Shown one piece after another: positions 28,831 to 38,595 of a stretch of DNA of 64,000 nt. Under the pieces are notes generated by a model. That model did no database searches. It saw only the letters and a list, made by a program, of their open reading frames with translations, and had not been told where the DNA came from. Numbering within the stretch: position 1 is the first letter of the stretch; every line of letters begins with the position of its first letter. Source of the stretch: an uncultured Planctomycetia bacterium (lineage in GTDB: Bacteria > Omnitrophota > Gorgyraeia > JABMRG01); contig CAZWMG010000002.1 of NCBI GenBank assembly GCA_964634945.1, forward strand, positions 38,661 through 102,660, given 5' to 3'. The position numbers were made by a program, and so were the translations under genes.

Positions 28831-29212
28831 AAACAGGAACTCATTCATATGCTCTGCACAGTGAAACACGAGAACGCCGAACGTCCTCTATTATAAATCT
28901 TTTACGGGAGCAACCCAGATGGACATGCAGGAGGATACGGCGGCCTTGGAGATTTATATGTAAGTCCTCTATGGCTTTCCTGGCGAGACCAGTGCTATAT
29001 GATACAGGAATTAACTATAGTTTTTATGCACCGACAGGGTGTAATGGATAATTATTTTATGCGCCTTTAAGCGTGGAGTGGTGTATACAAGGGGGGTGAT
29101 AAATGACAATAGGGTGACTATGAAAAAAGTTGTAGTTTTGACGCATTAATGGTTTTAGTAAAAGGCGTCAGATTTTAAATTATTTTGATTGTTTAACTAG
29201 GAGGTATAGAAA

Positions 29213-29956
29213 ATGAACAGATTTACACAAGTATTTATAGTGTCAGTTGTAGGATTTTTTAGCGTAATCGGTGCCGCTAACGCGGATAACTACGTTTATA
29301 AGCAAACCTTTATGCCGAAAGAAAAGGTAGAGATAAATCTTGCAAAAACAGCTATGTTCGTTACGGATCCTCAAAACGATTTTTTATCAGAAGAAAGTCC
29401 TGCCTGGGGGTTAGTCGGACCGACTGTTATAAGAAATAAAGTAGTCGAAAAAGAAAAGACGTTAAAAGCACTCGCAAAAAAGATAGGAATCCCTGTTTTT
29501 TACTCTACTCATATGTATACACAAAAAGAGCTTAAGCAATGGCCGACTATGCCTCTTAACGGTATCGACAAGGTGATGTTCGAGAACAAGATGTTTGTGC
29601 AAGGAACCTGGGGGCATGATTATCATCCTGAACTAAGACCAGACAGCAATACCGTGGTTATGAATCCGCATAAAGGGCTCAGTAACTTTTGGACCGGAGA
29701 TGCCGCCCTTCAGTTAAGGATGTTCGGAATCGAAACCATCATTCTCTACGGCATGTCAGCGAATATGTGCGTGGAGTCTCACGCTCGGGATGCGATTGAA
29801 AATGGTTTTGAAGTTATTATCGTAGCTGACGCCACTGCAGCAGCAGGAGATGCTGCGTATAAGGCGGCTCTAACCAACTATGAATTTCTGGCTCATGAGG
29901 TAGTGACCACAGATCAAATTATAAAAAGACTAAAAAAAGTAAAATGGGGAAAATAG
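29213..29956 (+). CDS. Isochorismatase-family cysteine hydrolase with an N-terminal signal peptide
   Basis: 'AMFVTDPQNDF' substrate-loop motif. Signal 'FIVSVVGFFSVIGAANA'. Confidence 0.6.
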   Translation: MNRFTQVFIVSVVGFFSVIGAANADNYVYKQTFMPKEKVEINLAKTAMFVTDPQNDFLSEESPAWGLVGPTVIRNKVVEKEKTLKALAKKIGIPVFYSTHMYTQKELKQWPTMPLNGIDKVMFENKMFVQGTWGHDYHPELRPDSNTVVMNPHKGLSNFWTGDAALQLRMFGIETIILYGMSANMCVESHARDAIENGFEVIIVADATAAAGDAAYKAALTNYEFLAHEVVTTDQIIKRLKKVKWGK

Positions 29957-30922
29957 TCTGAAGTGGGCCTCATTCTTAGGTTGCCGAGCACTGTTTCATT
30001 ATTATGCGCAGAGTTTTTGGGAAACCCTCAATGAAGCGGCATAACTATCGGGGGCAGGCCAATTACATGAGGATTTCATATGCGCTAAGAGGCATATATA
30101 GTTATTTGTAGCTATATGAAAGATATAGAGGCGTGAGAGTTGAGGGGAGAATCAAACGTAAGCAGAGAAGCGAAGAAGCCTTTGAAAATTCTTATGGCTA
30201 GACGTATCCTTTGAGTGTGATATGGACTTGCCGCGGTTTCAGGCAAAGCGTAAAAATGAAGAGTAGCAGCTATGAGAATAGCGCTCCTTGTAGGCTCAAA
30301 AATCGACCTTAATCTTATCAGTAGGGGGAGTTTTTTATTTTTAATATTGCGTAATCACTTTGATGCAGGAGGAAACAGCGTCTTGGTTAAAACTAATTAC
30401 TTGGTAATACAGCCGGCCATTAATATAAGCTTGCCCAAAGACTGGTTTATGGCCATTGCTCCGGAGATGAAGGTTAAGTAGGAGGATCACAATCGTTGGT
30501 TTTTTTTCATTTGATATAATGGCAGGAAAGATGTTTAACAGGACAACGATTATTTTAGCCGAGTGCAAGACGCCGCTGCTGATAAAAACTACAAATTCTA
30601 CGACCATGAAAACGAAGTACGCATAGGATTTTTCTTTTAGATTAAATTTATAGTTACATGGTATTTAAAAAATGAAGACAAGATGAGGATGGCAGCAAAA
30701 AAATGTTTGCTTTACCTGTCATTATTATATTCTGCATGAATATCGGATTTATATGCCTTGCCCAGGTAGAAAAATGCTCCAGAATCACGTTATATGGGTG
30801 TTTTGGTGAAACTTTGGCCAAACTGGTTCTTAGCTAGGCCACAGCTTAGGAGATTGTAAAAAGATCGGTATGAAAAGGGCATAGCCAAGGAGGCTGATTA
30901 CCTGATAGAAAGGAGATATAAA

Positions 30923-32431
30923 ATGAAACGAATAGAGAAAAAAATATTGAGCATCATAGCTGTAGTGATATTCCTTGAGGTATCAATATGTGCTGCGTTA
31001 CCGAAGATGAAAATGACTACGCTATTGCCGGAATCGATTCTTACGCCAGACAAGGTTGAGACCAGCATTGGAACGCTGGAATATTTTGACGGATTCCCAA
31101 CGGAAGCAACCACGCAGAAGTGCTATGACTATCTTGATACGATGCGTGCGGTGGATGTATTTTTGAACACTATTCCGGTTGCCTCAATGATAGGGCTGCA
31201 CGAGGGCTTTAAGTCAGTTGGCGTTACCGGTAATACCATCGGGATTTTTGAGGATTTAATGGATTCAAAATCTCTGTTTCTTACTCCAAACACAGAAAGC
31301 ATTTATTCCGGTGGATGGCTCGATTTGTCCAAAGGCCCTGTCGTCGTTGAGAGCCCGCCAAACACGCTGGGCATTGTTGATGATATGTGGTTTCGCTATG
31401 TTGCTGATATGGGTAATGCCGGACCGGATCAAGGCAGGGGCGGAAAGTTTCTATTTATTGGCCCTGATTATGACGGACCGATTCCTTCTATGGGTTTTCA
31501 TGTTTTTCGGTCACAGACGAATAACAATATTCTCCTGTGGAGAGGATTTTTGGTAGACGGTGACCCGAGACCCGGCGTAGAAAACATCAAAAAAAATGCG
31601 AGAATTTATCCGCTAGCAGAAATACAGAACCCGCCGAAACAAAAATTCATTAATCTATCAGGCAAGTATTTTAACACGATACATGCCAACGATTATACAT
31701 TTTTTGAGGAAGTAAATACCGCAATTCAGGAAGAGCCGGCTGATTCAGGCGACCCAGAGCTGCTGGGACAGTTGGCCTCGATAGGGATTAAAAAAGGGGT
31801 GGAATTCAAACCGGATAATCGGATGAAGAAAATCCTGTCTGATGCGGCTGCGATTGGAAACAGTATAGCCCGGACTATTATATTTGATACCCGTAACAAG
31901 GAATTCTATCTCTACAAGAACAGCGCATGGAAGACTCCATTTGGAGGAGGCAGCCACCTTTTTTTAGATAACCATGCGCGATCATTGGATGCACGCACCT
32001 TGTTTTTTTATTATGCTACGATGATTACCCCGGCTATGACGGTAAAGATGGTGGGAAACGGCTCCGCGTATGCTGGTGCAACGGTTGACTTTGAAGGCAA
32101 TCACCTGGATGGCAGTAAAAACTACAAACTTACATTGCCGAAAAACGTACCCTCAAAAGATTTTTGGTCGATCGTGGTTTATGATAACCAGACGCGCTCG
32201 ATGTTGCAGACAGACTATCAGTTCCCCAGTGTGAACAGCCAGCGTGGTCTGCAGGTCAATAAAGATGGCACGATTGATATTTATTTTGGTCCCAAGGCAC
32301 CTAAAGGCAAGGCAAGTAACTGGATTCAAACAGTTCCGGGCAAAGGATGGAGTCTGATTTTTCGTCTCTATGGCCCCTTAGAACCTTGGTTTGATAAAAC
32401 GTGGCGGCCGGGAGAGATCGAACTCAATTAA
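30923..32431 (+). CDS. Secreted DUF1254/DUF1214 two-domain protein
   Basis: 'IYSGGWLDLSKGPVVVESPP...RYVADMGN...GGKFLFIGPDYDGP' (DUF1254-like). 'FGGGSHLFLDN...FFYYATMITPAM' (DUF1214-like). Confidence 0.6.
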   Translation: MKRIEKKILSIIAVVIFLEVSICAALPKMKMTTLLPESILTPDKVETSIGTLEYFDGFPTEATTQKCYDYLDTMRAVDVFLNTIPVASMIGLHEGFKSVGVTGNTIGIFEDLMDSKSLFLTPNTESIYSGGWLDLSKGPVVVESPPNTLGIVDDMWFRYVADMGNAGPDQGRGGKFLFIGPDYDGPIPSMGFHVFRSQTNNNILLWRGFLVDGDPRPGVENIKKNARIYPLAEIQNPPKQKFINLSGKYFNTIHANDYTFFEEVNTAIQEEPADSGDPELLGQLASIGIKKGVEFKPDNRMKKILSDAAAIGNSIARTIIFDTRNKEFYLYKNSAWKTPFGGGSHLFLDNHARSLDARTLFFYYATMITPAMTVKMVGNGSAYAGATVDFEGNHLDGSKNYKLTLPKNVPSKDFWSIVVYDNQTRSMLQTDYQFPSVNSQRGLQVNKDGTIDIYFGPKAPKGKASNWIQTVPGKGWSLIFRLYGPLEPWFDKTWRPGEIELN

Positions 32432-32550
32432 TATAAACTATATGTTATTAAATCATTTACGAGGATTCTTTTTAAGAGTATGTATGTGCATAATAAGGAA
32501 ATTGTGAAAGTGGAGATAAGCCAGCCTTGAAAAACGTGTTATGAGGAATA

Positions 32551-33795
32551 ATGGAAATTGTGGGAAACGAATTTCGCGGGAAATTACTTCATATTTTATC
32601 GGGCGCTATCATTATGTTTTTCTGCTCCGGGTGCGCTACGATAAGGCATCCGGTCCCGCCTGAAATGATAGGCATGGTTCGGGTTAATGATATGTCAGAT
32701 ATACGCATAATGAGGGGTATGGTGGATCCGGAGCTCAGAAAGAGCGCTATACGGTCTCTTGAAGAAGAGGACAAAGATGACTACCCGGTCGATTCTGAAG
32801 GCAGGCGGGTCTATCCTATGCTCTCTATCTCCGGAGGCGCGGCTAACGGCGCTTATGGCGCGGGACTCTTAAAAGGCTGGTCGGAAGAAGGCACCCGTCC
32901 AAAATTCAAGGCCGTTACAGGCGTTTCAACAGGCGCAATTATTGCGCCGCTCGTATTTCTAGGCAAAGAGTACGATGACATGATAGAAGAATTATATACG
33001 ACCATGTCGACAAAAAATGTCATGAAGATGAAGGGGGTGTTCGATATTTTGTTTGGGAATTCCTTTGCCAGCAGCAGGCCCCTTAAGAAACTGCTTGAGA
33101 AGTATATTACGCCCGATATATTGGAAAAAATAGCTTATGAGCATAAGCACGGACGCAGGCTATATGCAGGCACGACGTATCTGGATGCCCAGAGATTTGT
33201 CGTATGGGATATGGGGGCAATTGCATCAAGAGGCGACGCGAAACTTTTTAGCAGTGTCATCCTGGCATCCGCCTCAATCCCGATGGTGTTCCCGCCGGTT
33301 TTTATTGACGTGGAAAAAGGCGGTATAGAGTACGATGAGATGCACGTCGACGGAGGCACGATAACGCAGGTATTTACGCTTTACGGGATACTTGAAGGCA
33401 GCGAAGATTATGCCAAAGAGATCGGGGTCGACATATCAAAGATAAAAGGCAAGTATTACATAATACGTAACGGCTATGTTAATCCCGGCTACAAAGTAGT
33501 CAAGGATGATCTGGCGTCGATAACCGGCCAGATGTTCGATACTATGATTAATGCCCAGGGGGTTGGAGATACGTACAGGATATATACCCACATGAAAGAA
33601 AGAGGCAATGATTATAATCTCGCTTTTATACCGAAAGAGTTCAGGCCGGAAAAAAAAGAAGAATTTGATCCCCGGCAGATGAGAAAACTGTTTGACAGAG
33701 GTTATCAAGACGCTGTTAACGGTTATAAATGGTTGAAGATGCCTCCCGGACTGCGGGACAGTGTCGAGGAAAGGCCAAATAGTAATAGTATCTGA
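32551..33795 (+). CDS. Patatin-like phospholipase, lipoprotein
   Basis: 'SISGGAANGAYGAGLL' (GGxxxG oxyanion hole), 'GVSTGAII' (GxSxG) and 'MHVDGG' (DGG). Lipobox-like 'FFCSGC'. Confidence 0.75.
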   Translation: MEIVGNEFRGKLLHILSGAIIMFFCSGCATIRHPVPPEMIGMVRVNDMSDIRIMRGMVDPELRKSAIRSLEEEDKDDYPVDSEGRRVYPMLSISGGAANGAYGAGLLKGWSEEGTRPKFKAVTGVSTGAIIAPLVFLGKEYDDMIEELYTTMSTKNVMKMKGVFDILFGNSFASSRPLKKLLEKYITPDILEKIAYEHKHGRRLYAGTTYLDAQRFVVWDMGAIASRGDAKLFSSVILASASIPMVFPPVFIDVEKGGIEYDEMHVDGGTITQVFTLYGILEGSEDYAKEIGVDISKIKGKYYIIRNGYVNPGYKVVKDDLASITGQMFDTMINAQGVGDTYRIYTHMKERGNDYNLAFIPKEFRPEKKEEFDPRQMRKLFDRGYQDAVNGYKWLKMPPGLRDSVEERPNSNSI

Positions 33796-34114
33796 ATTTT
33801 CTTTTAGTATTTATAGAATCAAAGGAGGGTAGTTATAAAAACCAAAACAATCCAAGTTTTCGTTCCCACACTGATATTGATTCAGGTTTTAGTGTTTGTC
33901 TGTACGGCTGGTGCTGAAACATCTTCCAAATCCGCTGCTGCCTGCTTTGCCTCTGTCAGCCAAGGAGGCGAAGAAGATTAAGATTCCGAAATCAGCCGCT
34001 TACTAAAGGTAGGGAGTCGTTATCCTGAGAGAGTTTGGTTGAGTTGGAGAAAAGAAGTTGTCGATAAGTGGTTTTATTGAAAAAGAAGTAACTGAAAAAA
34101 ATGGAAAGGAGGTC

Positions 34115-34495
34115 ATGATGAATATTTTTAGGGTTCGAAATTCACAAAAAACGTGTCTTCTTGTGTGTTTTGCGCTTGCGCTTGTTTTTGCATTTAATGG
34201 AAACGCAGAAGCGCGGAGGGGTGAACAGCACACTGTTTTGAGAGGGGCAGCCGGAGGAGCTCTTAGCGGCGCTGTTATGGGTAAGCTGAGTGGTGGTAAG
34301 GCTGGCAAGGGAGCCGCTTGGGGAGCCGGACTGGGAGCCGTAAGAGGTGTTGTAGAGAGAGACAGAATCCAGCAGGAAGAGCGCCTACGTGAATTAGAGC
34401 TCAAGGAAGCATACGAGAAAGGAAGACAGCAGGGGAAAAGAGTTGATTATAGAAATGAAAGTGATAGAAGATATATGGACGAAGGTTCATATTGA
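34115..34495 (+). CDS. Small secreted glycine-zipper protein with a charged C-terminal coiled coil. Internal start of track ORF 34058-34495.
   Basis: Signal 'LLVCFALALVFAFNGNAEA'. Gly-zipper 'GAAGGALSGAVMGKLSGGKAGKGAAWGAGLGAV'. An AGGAGG RBS precedes the internal ATG. Confidence 0.4.
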   Translation: MMNIFRVRNSQKTCLLVCFALALVFAFNGNAEARRGEQHTVLRGAAGGALSGAVMGKLSGGKAGKGAAWGAGLGAVRGVVERDRIQQEERLRELELKEAYEKGRQQGKRVDYRNESDRRYMDEGSY

Positions 34496-34525
34496 TTTGA
34501 AATAGATCAAAAACGGAGGAGTGTT

Positions 34526-35035
34526 ATGAAAAAAATATTACTTTTAATCGCTGTAATGTCAATGGTCCTTTTCTCGTCTTTTTCTTTTGCTTTCGATCAA
34601 GCGGCATACTGGATTACCTATATGCCGGATGGAAACAGCATTTTTTCGATTATGCTTACCGATGAATGGGAAATAACCCTTGACGGAGAAAAAATGACGG
34701 GGATTTCACAGGATGGCCTTGTGTGGTTCACTATGGGGTATCTTGAGAATTATAATAATCTGGAAGAAGCTGTCAGTTATGCCTCGGAGAAACTGAGCAG
34801 CCGTCTCACGGACCTTAAGTTGATCAGTGCGAGTAAAACCGAAATTAACGACATGCCCGCAATAGTGTTTGAAGGTACCGGAAAAGAAGAAGGGAAAGAT
34901 GTGATTTACCTTGCAGCCTTGTTTAAGACGTATGAAAATAAAATAGGCGGCATAGCTTTTGTTGGCGATCCTATCGCGAAGCAATTACACAATCAAGATG
35001 TTGTGGAGATGCTGGATTCCCTGATTTCTGCGTAA
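34526..35035 (+). CDS. Secreted hypothetical protein
   Basis: Signal peptide 'MKKILLLIAVMSMVLFSSFSFA'. No family recognised. Confidence 0.35.
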   Translation: MKKILLLIAVMSMVLFSSFSFAFDQAAYWITYMPDGNSIFSIMLTDEWEITLDGEKMTGISQDGLVWFTMGYLENYNNLEEAVSYASEKLSSRLTDLKLISASKTEINDMPAIVFEGTGKEEGKDVIYLAALFKTYENKIGGIAFVGDPIAKQLHNQDVVEMLDSLISA

Positions 35036-35097
35036 ATTGCGGAGTAGAATAAATATATTATAATGGTATTTTTTATTTCAACAAAAAAAAGGAGGTA

Positions 35098-35661
35098 ATG
35101 GTGAAGAATTTTTTTAGCGTTAAAGGGGCTATTATAGTTATGGCTATAGCGGTTGTATTTTTGGTGGGAACGGCCGATGCTTTTGCTGACAGGGCATCGA
35201 GGATTGAGAGAGAGGCAATATCGGCACTTAAAGAGCTCTATAAAACTTCACCTAAAGCAAAAGAGCTCGGCGAAGAGGCCAATGGAATTCTAGTTTTCCC
35301 AAAAATGATGAAGGGTGGTTTCATCTTTGGCTTACAGTCCGGACAGGGCGCTTTGATTAAAGGTGGAGTAGTGGATAGCTTCTATAAAAGTACCGCAGTG
35401 TCTTTTGGTTTGCAGGCCGGAATAAAACAGTTTGGTTACGTTATTTTCTTTATGAGCGAAAAAAGTCTGGACTATCTTGACCGTACAGATGGATTCGAGC
35501 TGGGCACCGCACCAAGCCTTGTTGTAGTTGATGCCGGAATTGCAAGAACATTGAGCACAACATCAATACAAAAAGGTATTTATGCCTTTTTCTTCAGCAA
35601 AAAAGGATTGATGGCAGGACTTGGAGTCCAGGGAACAAAGGTAACAAAGCTTAATCTGTAA
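35098..35661 (+). CDS. SYLF (Ysc84/DUF500) lipid-binding-domain protein, secreted
   Basis: 'GILVFPKMMKGGFIFGLQSGQGALI...FGLQAGIKQFGYVIFFMSEKSLDYL...GTAPSLVVVDAG...GLMAGLGVQGTKV' matches the SYLF repeat pattern. Confidence 0.6.
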   Translation: MVKNFFSVKGAIIVMAIAVVFLVGTADAFADRASRIEREAISALKELYKTSPKAKELGEEANGILVFPKMMKGGFIFGLQSGQGALIKGGVVDSFYKSTAVSFGLQAGIKQFGYVIFFMSEKSLDYLDRTDGFELGTAPSLVVVDAGIARTLSTTSIQKGIYAFFFSKKGLMAGLGVQGTKVTKLNL

Positions 35662-35680
35662 TACTCTAGAAAAAGAAAAC

Positions 35681-35733
35681 CAATGTAAAGCTATGCTTTA
35701 AAATTATCATTTTTTAGAGCATAGCTTTACATT
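35681..35733. repeat. Perfect 17-bp inverted repeat hairpin (terminator-like)
   Basis: 'caatgtaaagctatgct' and its exact reverse complement 19 nt downstream. Confidence 0.4.
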
Positions 35734-35998
35734 GCATAGGCTATAAAAAATCGAAGCAGGGCCTCTTCGAAATGAACCCAGACGATTTACGTTATTTACC
35801 AAGAAGGAGCGGACGCAGTCTAAGCAAGAGTATTTCTTACATAACGTGTTGATTTTAATAAAATAACATAAAGCGTCTAGTTGTGTTCGCCACTTAATTG
35901 TCCCGTGTATCAGTAAAATTTTATGTTTAGAAACTTACACAATCTATGGTATAATCGGTTTTTAAAAATCTGACTATTAAAAAGAGAGGAGTTACAAT

Positions 35999-36499
35999 AT
36001 GTCAACGGTTGATAATCTCCAAGAGGCTTTCGCGGGAGAGAGCCAAGCTAATCGTAAGTATTTAGCGTTCGCAAAACAAGCAGAGGTCGATGGAAAACCA
36101 CAGGTAGCAAAACTCTTTCGTGCAGCAGCGGAAGCAGAGGCCGTTCACGCACATGCTCACCTTCGCGCAATGGGTGGCGTTGCAACTACGCAAGATAATG
36201 TGAAAGCTGCTATTGAAGGTGAAGGACATGAGTTTAATATAATGTACCCAGATTTTATAGAGGAAGCGAAGAAGGAGAATAATCAGGCAGCACTAAGGTC
36301 GTTTGAGTTCGCGATAGCGGTAGAAAAAATACATTATGACCTATATAGCAAAGCAGCAGAGGCGCTTAACTCAGGCAAGGACCTAGAAGCCGTTAAGATA
36401 TTCGTATGCCCTGTCTGTGGTAATACGGTCTTAGAGGCAGCCCCGGATAAATGCCCTATTTGCGGTGTCCCAGGCACAAAATTCAGTGAAATAAATTAG
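35999..36499 (+). CDS. rbr: Rubrerythrin (ferritin-like diiron domain plus C-terminal rubredoxin-like CxxC..CxxC)
   Basis: 'LQEAFAGESQANRKYLAFA', 'EAVHAHAH' and the C-terminal 'CPVCG...CPICG'. Confidence 0.8.
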   Translation: MSTVDNLQEAFAGESQANRKYLAFAKQAEVDGKPQVAKLFRAAAEAEAVHAHAHLRAMGGVATTQDNVKAAIEGEGHEFNIMYPDFIEEAKKENNQAALRSFEFAIAVEKIHYDLYSKAAEALNSGKDLEAVKIFVCPVCGNTVLEAAPDKCPICGVPGTKFSEIN

Positions 36500-36684
36500 C
36501 AATAAACATAAAACCTAAAATCATTATTCTGCACAAAAGAGTTCGGAAGAGACACCTAATCTATCGGTGTTACTTTGACCGACTTTCCTTATTAGGGTTT
36601 TTTATCTGCCCAGATCGATTAAATATCCTATAAATCAGAGCAAGCGGCATTTAGAGTAAAAAGAAGATTATTTTTACTTACCCC

Positions 36685-36716
36685 TTGACATACCATAGGG
36701 GGGTATGGTATACTTT
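36685..36716 (+). promoter_or_regulatory. csoR promoter (TTGACA ... TATACT) overlapped by a palindromic CsoR-type operator, 'ATACCATA-GGGGGG-TATGGTAT'
   Basis: Perfect 8-bp inverted arms around a G6 tract at 36690-36711. This is the known architecture of CsoR operators (G/C tract flanked by an AT-rich inverted repeat). Confidence 0.5.
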
Positions 36717-36735
36717 AGACAAAAGGGAGGAAAAG

Positions 36736-37008
36736 ATGAAAAAATATCCTGAGCATAAAGATAATATCGTCTCATTAAGGCGTGTCGAAGGACAGATTAG
36801 AGGCATTCAGAAGATGGTAGAGGAAGATAAGTATTGTGTTGATATACTGACGCAGATCCAATCAGTAGAAGCAGCGTTAAAAAGAGTAGAAAGGCATATT
36901 TTGCAAAGACATATAGAAAACTGCGTTGTTAACGCGGTTAAGGGGAAATCAGCGATAGAAAAAGATAAAAAACTAAAAGAGGTTTTCCAGTTGCTGAAAA
37001 AAATGTAA
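36736..37008 (+). CDS. csoR: CsoR-family copper-sensing transcriptional repressor. Internal start of track ORF 36685-37008.
   Basis: 'LRRVEGQIRGIQKMVEEDKYCVDILTQIQSVEAAL' plus 'RHIENC' gives the C-H-C metal-ligand fingerprint. RBS 'agggagg'. Confidence 0.75.
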   Translation: MKKYPEHKDNIVSLRRVEGQIRGIQKMVEEDKYCVDILTQIQSVEAALKRVERHILQRHIENCVVNAVKGKSAIEKDKKLKEVFQLLKKM

Positions 37009-37025
37009 AAAAAGGAGGTATTGTA

Positions 37026-37154
37026 ATGAAATATCTTGTTATAAGCTTAGTCATAGTGGTTGTAGCATGGCTTGGCACACACGCGGCCAACGCATTCGGC
37101 ATAGATGATTGCAAGTGCTCACCATGCGCATGCTCACCGTGCGAATGTAACTGA
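37026..37154 (+). CDS. Unannotated 42-aa secreted cysteine-rich peptide immediately downstream of csoR, a candidate Cu-binding peptide
   Basis: Hand translation gives MKYLVISLVIVVVAWLGTHAANAFGIDDCKCSPCACSPCECN*. It has a signal peptide with an AxA site, then six Cys in 13 residues. 'aaggaggt' RBS 6 nt upstream. Confidence 0.45.
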   Translation: MKYLVISLVIVVVAWLGTHAANAFGIDDCKCSPCACSPCECN

Positions 37155-37455
37155 TAATTTTTATAAGGCAGCGACAAAAAAAGGCGTTTTTAGCATCCCC
37201 CTTTTTTTTCATGCCCAAAACCTACTCACAAAATACAATAAGACAGAAAAAAATATAACAGAACGGCAGGCTCCTTAAACAAAAAAATTATTTTAAAATA
37301 TACCAAAGAGACAGCAGTAGCAATATTTGTGCTTGATTCCCCCTTTCTGACTTTTAAGAGTCCAATATATGACGCACTTTACAGCATGCTAGTTGACAAT
37401 AGATTATAAATAGCGTAGAATCATATATATTCATGGGTTTCAAGAAAGGTAAAAA

Positions 37456-37590
37456 ATGAAAAATTTCCTTGTAGCGGTTGTTCTAATATCATCTCTTTTT
37501 TTAAGCGGGTGTACTACATTAAGCGGATTAACTACGATAGCGGGCCTGGTCGCGGCAGGATACGGAATCTACAAGGCGAGTGAAAAATAG
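37456..37590 (+). CDS. Unannotated 44-aa small lipoprotein (entericidin-like architecture)
   Basis: MKNFLVAVVLISSLFLSGCTT... contains a lipobox LSGC, then the Gly-rich amphipathic segment 'IAGLVAAGYGIYKASEK'. TTGACA-17-TAGAAT promoter at 37393-37421. Confidence 0.4.
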   Translation: MKNFLVAVVLISSLFLSGCTTLSGLTTIAGLVAAGYGIYKASEK

Positions 37591-37686
37591 ATACAGCTAG
37601 CAATAACAGTGGCTCGGTTGCTCTTTGTTTGCCTATAACGAAAAAATAAAAGTATTACTCTTCCGCAATAAATCTCAAACTAACTT

Positions 37687-38439
37687 TCAATTCTTATCTG
37701 TTTTTCGTGCCTGATTAAGGTATGAAGATATCAACTTGGCAACAAAAACAGCCATATAGAATTGGCCTATGATCACTTCTCCTGTAGCAAGCATGCGCCC
37801 AGCCGATTTTATGGGTATAATTTCACCATAACCTAACGAGCATAATGTTACAAAACTATAGTACATAAAAAGTGGGTAATTCTGGGTGTGAATAATATTG
37901 CCGATTTCCTGCCCCTGTTTAAGCGCTGTAAAGTGAAAAGAGCCAGGTATAAAAGTTTCTGTCAATAAATACAAAAAAGCCCAAGTAGCGCCGATTAGAA
38001 GATAGGCGCATAGTGACCCGACTATTGTGTCAGAAGTTACTCCTTGGGTTGTCCATATATCAAATAAAATCATAGATGCTGTAAAAGCGAAGAAAAAAGC
38101 CATACATATATCACCGGCGATATTCAATGCTCCATGATTAAAAAAGGTAGCGCTCCATATTATGGCTAATGTAAGCACTGCCAGACAGGAACCGACAAGT
38201 ACTACTCTTTTTTTCTTGCTAACCGCCAGTATGCCCGCGAGCAGGGTAAGCACGATTATCAAACAGTTCCAGCTAATGTTTTTACCTGAATTATTTCCAT
38301 AAAAGGCGGGAGTCCACGTTAAGGTAAGTAAAGATATAAGCAGGACCGTATATTTCGCAGTACTGTTTAAAGACGCAAACCATTGGCAAAGTTTTTTGGT
38401 TAGTTCTCCAAAATTTATGTTTATTGAATTATTTGTCAT
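37687..38439 (-). CDS. Ion-channel family membrane protein (Ion_trans_2-like pore with variant filter S-L-G-Y-G-E). The only confident minus-strand gene.
   Basis: 'YSFVTLCSLGYGEIIP...GEVIIGQFYMAVFVAKLI' pore-helix/filter/inner-helix pattern. Four to five TM helices. Confidence 0.5.
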   Translation of the reverse strand: MTNNSININFGELTKKLCQWFASLNSTAKYTVLLISLLTLTWTPAFYGNNSGKNISWNCLIIVLTLLAGILAVSKKKRVVLVGSCLAVLTLAIIWSATFFNHGALNIAGDICMAFFFAFTASMILFDIWTTQGVTSDTIVGSLCAYLLIGATWAFLYLLTETFIPGSFHFTALKQGQEIGNIIHTQNYPLFMYYSFVTLCSLGYGEIIPIKSAGRMLATGEVIIGQFYMAVFVAKLISSYLNQARKTDKN

Positions 38440-38595
38440 ATTAACCCCCTGTACGATCTTATTCTATTATAGATACGCAAATATGGCAAGAATTTTTACT
38501 TGGCCCCATACAACTTAAAACTTTCGATTAAAACCTTTCTTCTTGTTCCTTACTAGGCAGGGGTGTAAAATAGATCCAATAGGGCCAAAATTACG

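Noticed and set aside
28827-29051. 74-aa ORF after the stand-alone REC gene, considered as a frameshifted LuxR HTH that would complete a FixJ-type regulator
   Set aside because: The translation in all three frames lacks the LuxR HTH pattern, so the REC protein is treated as genuinely single-domain.
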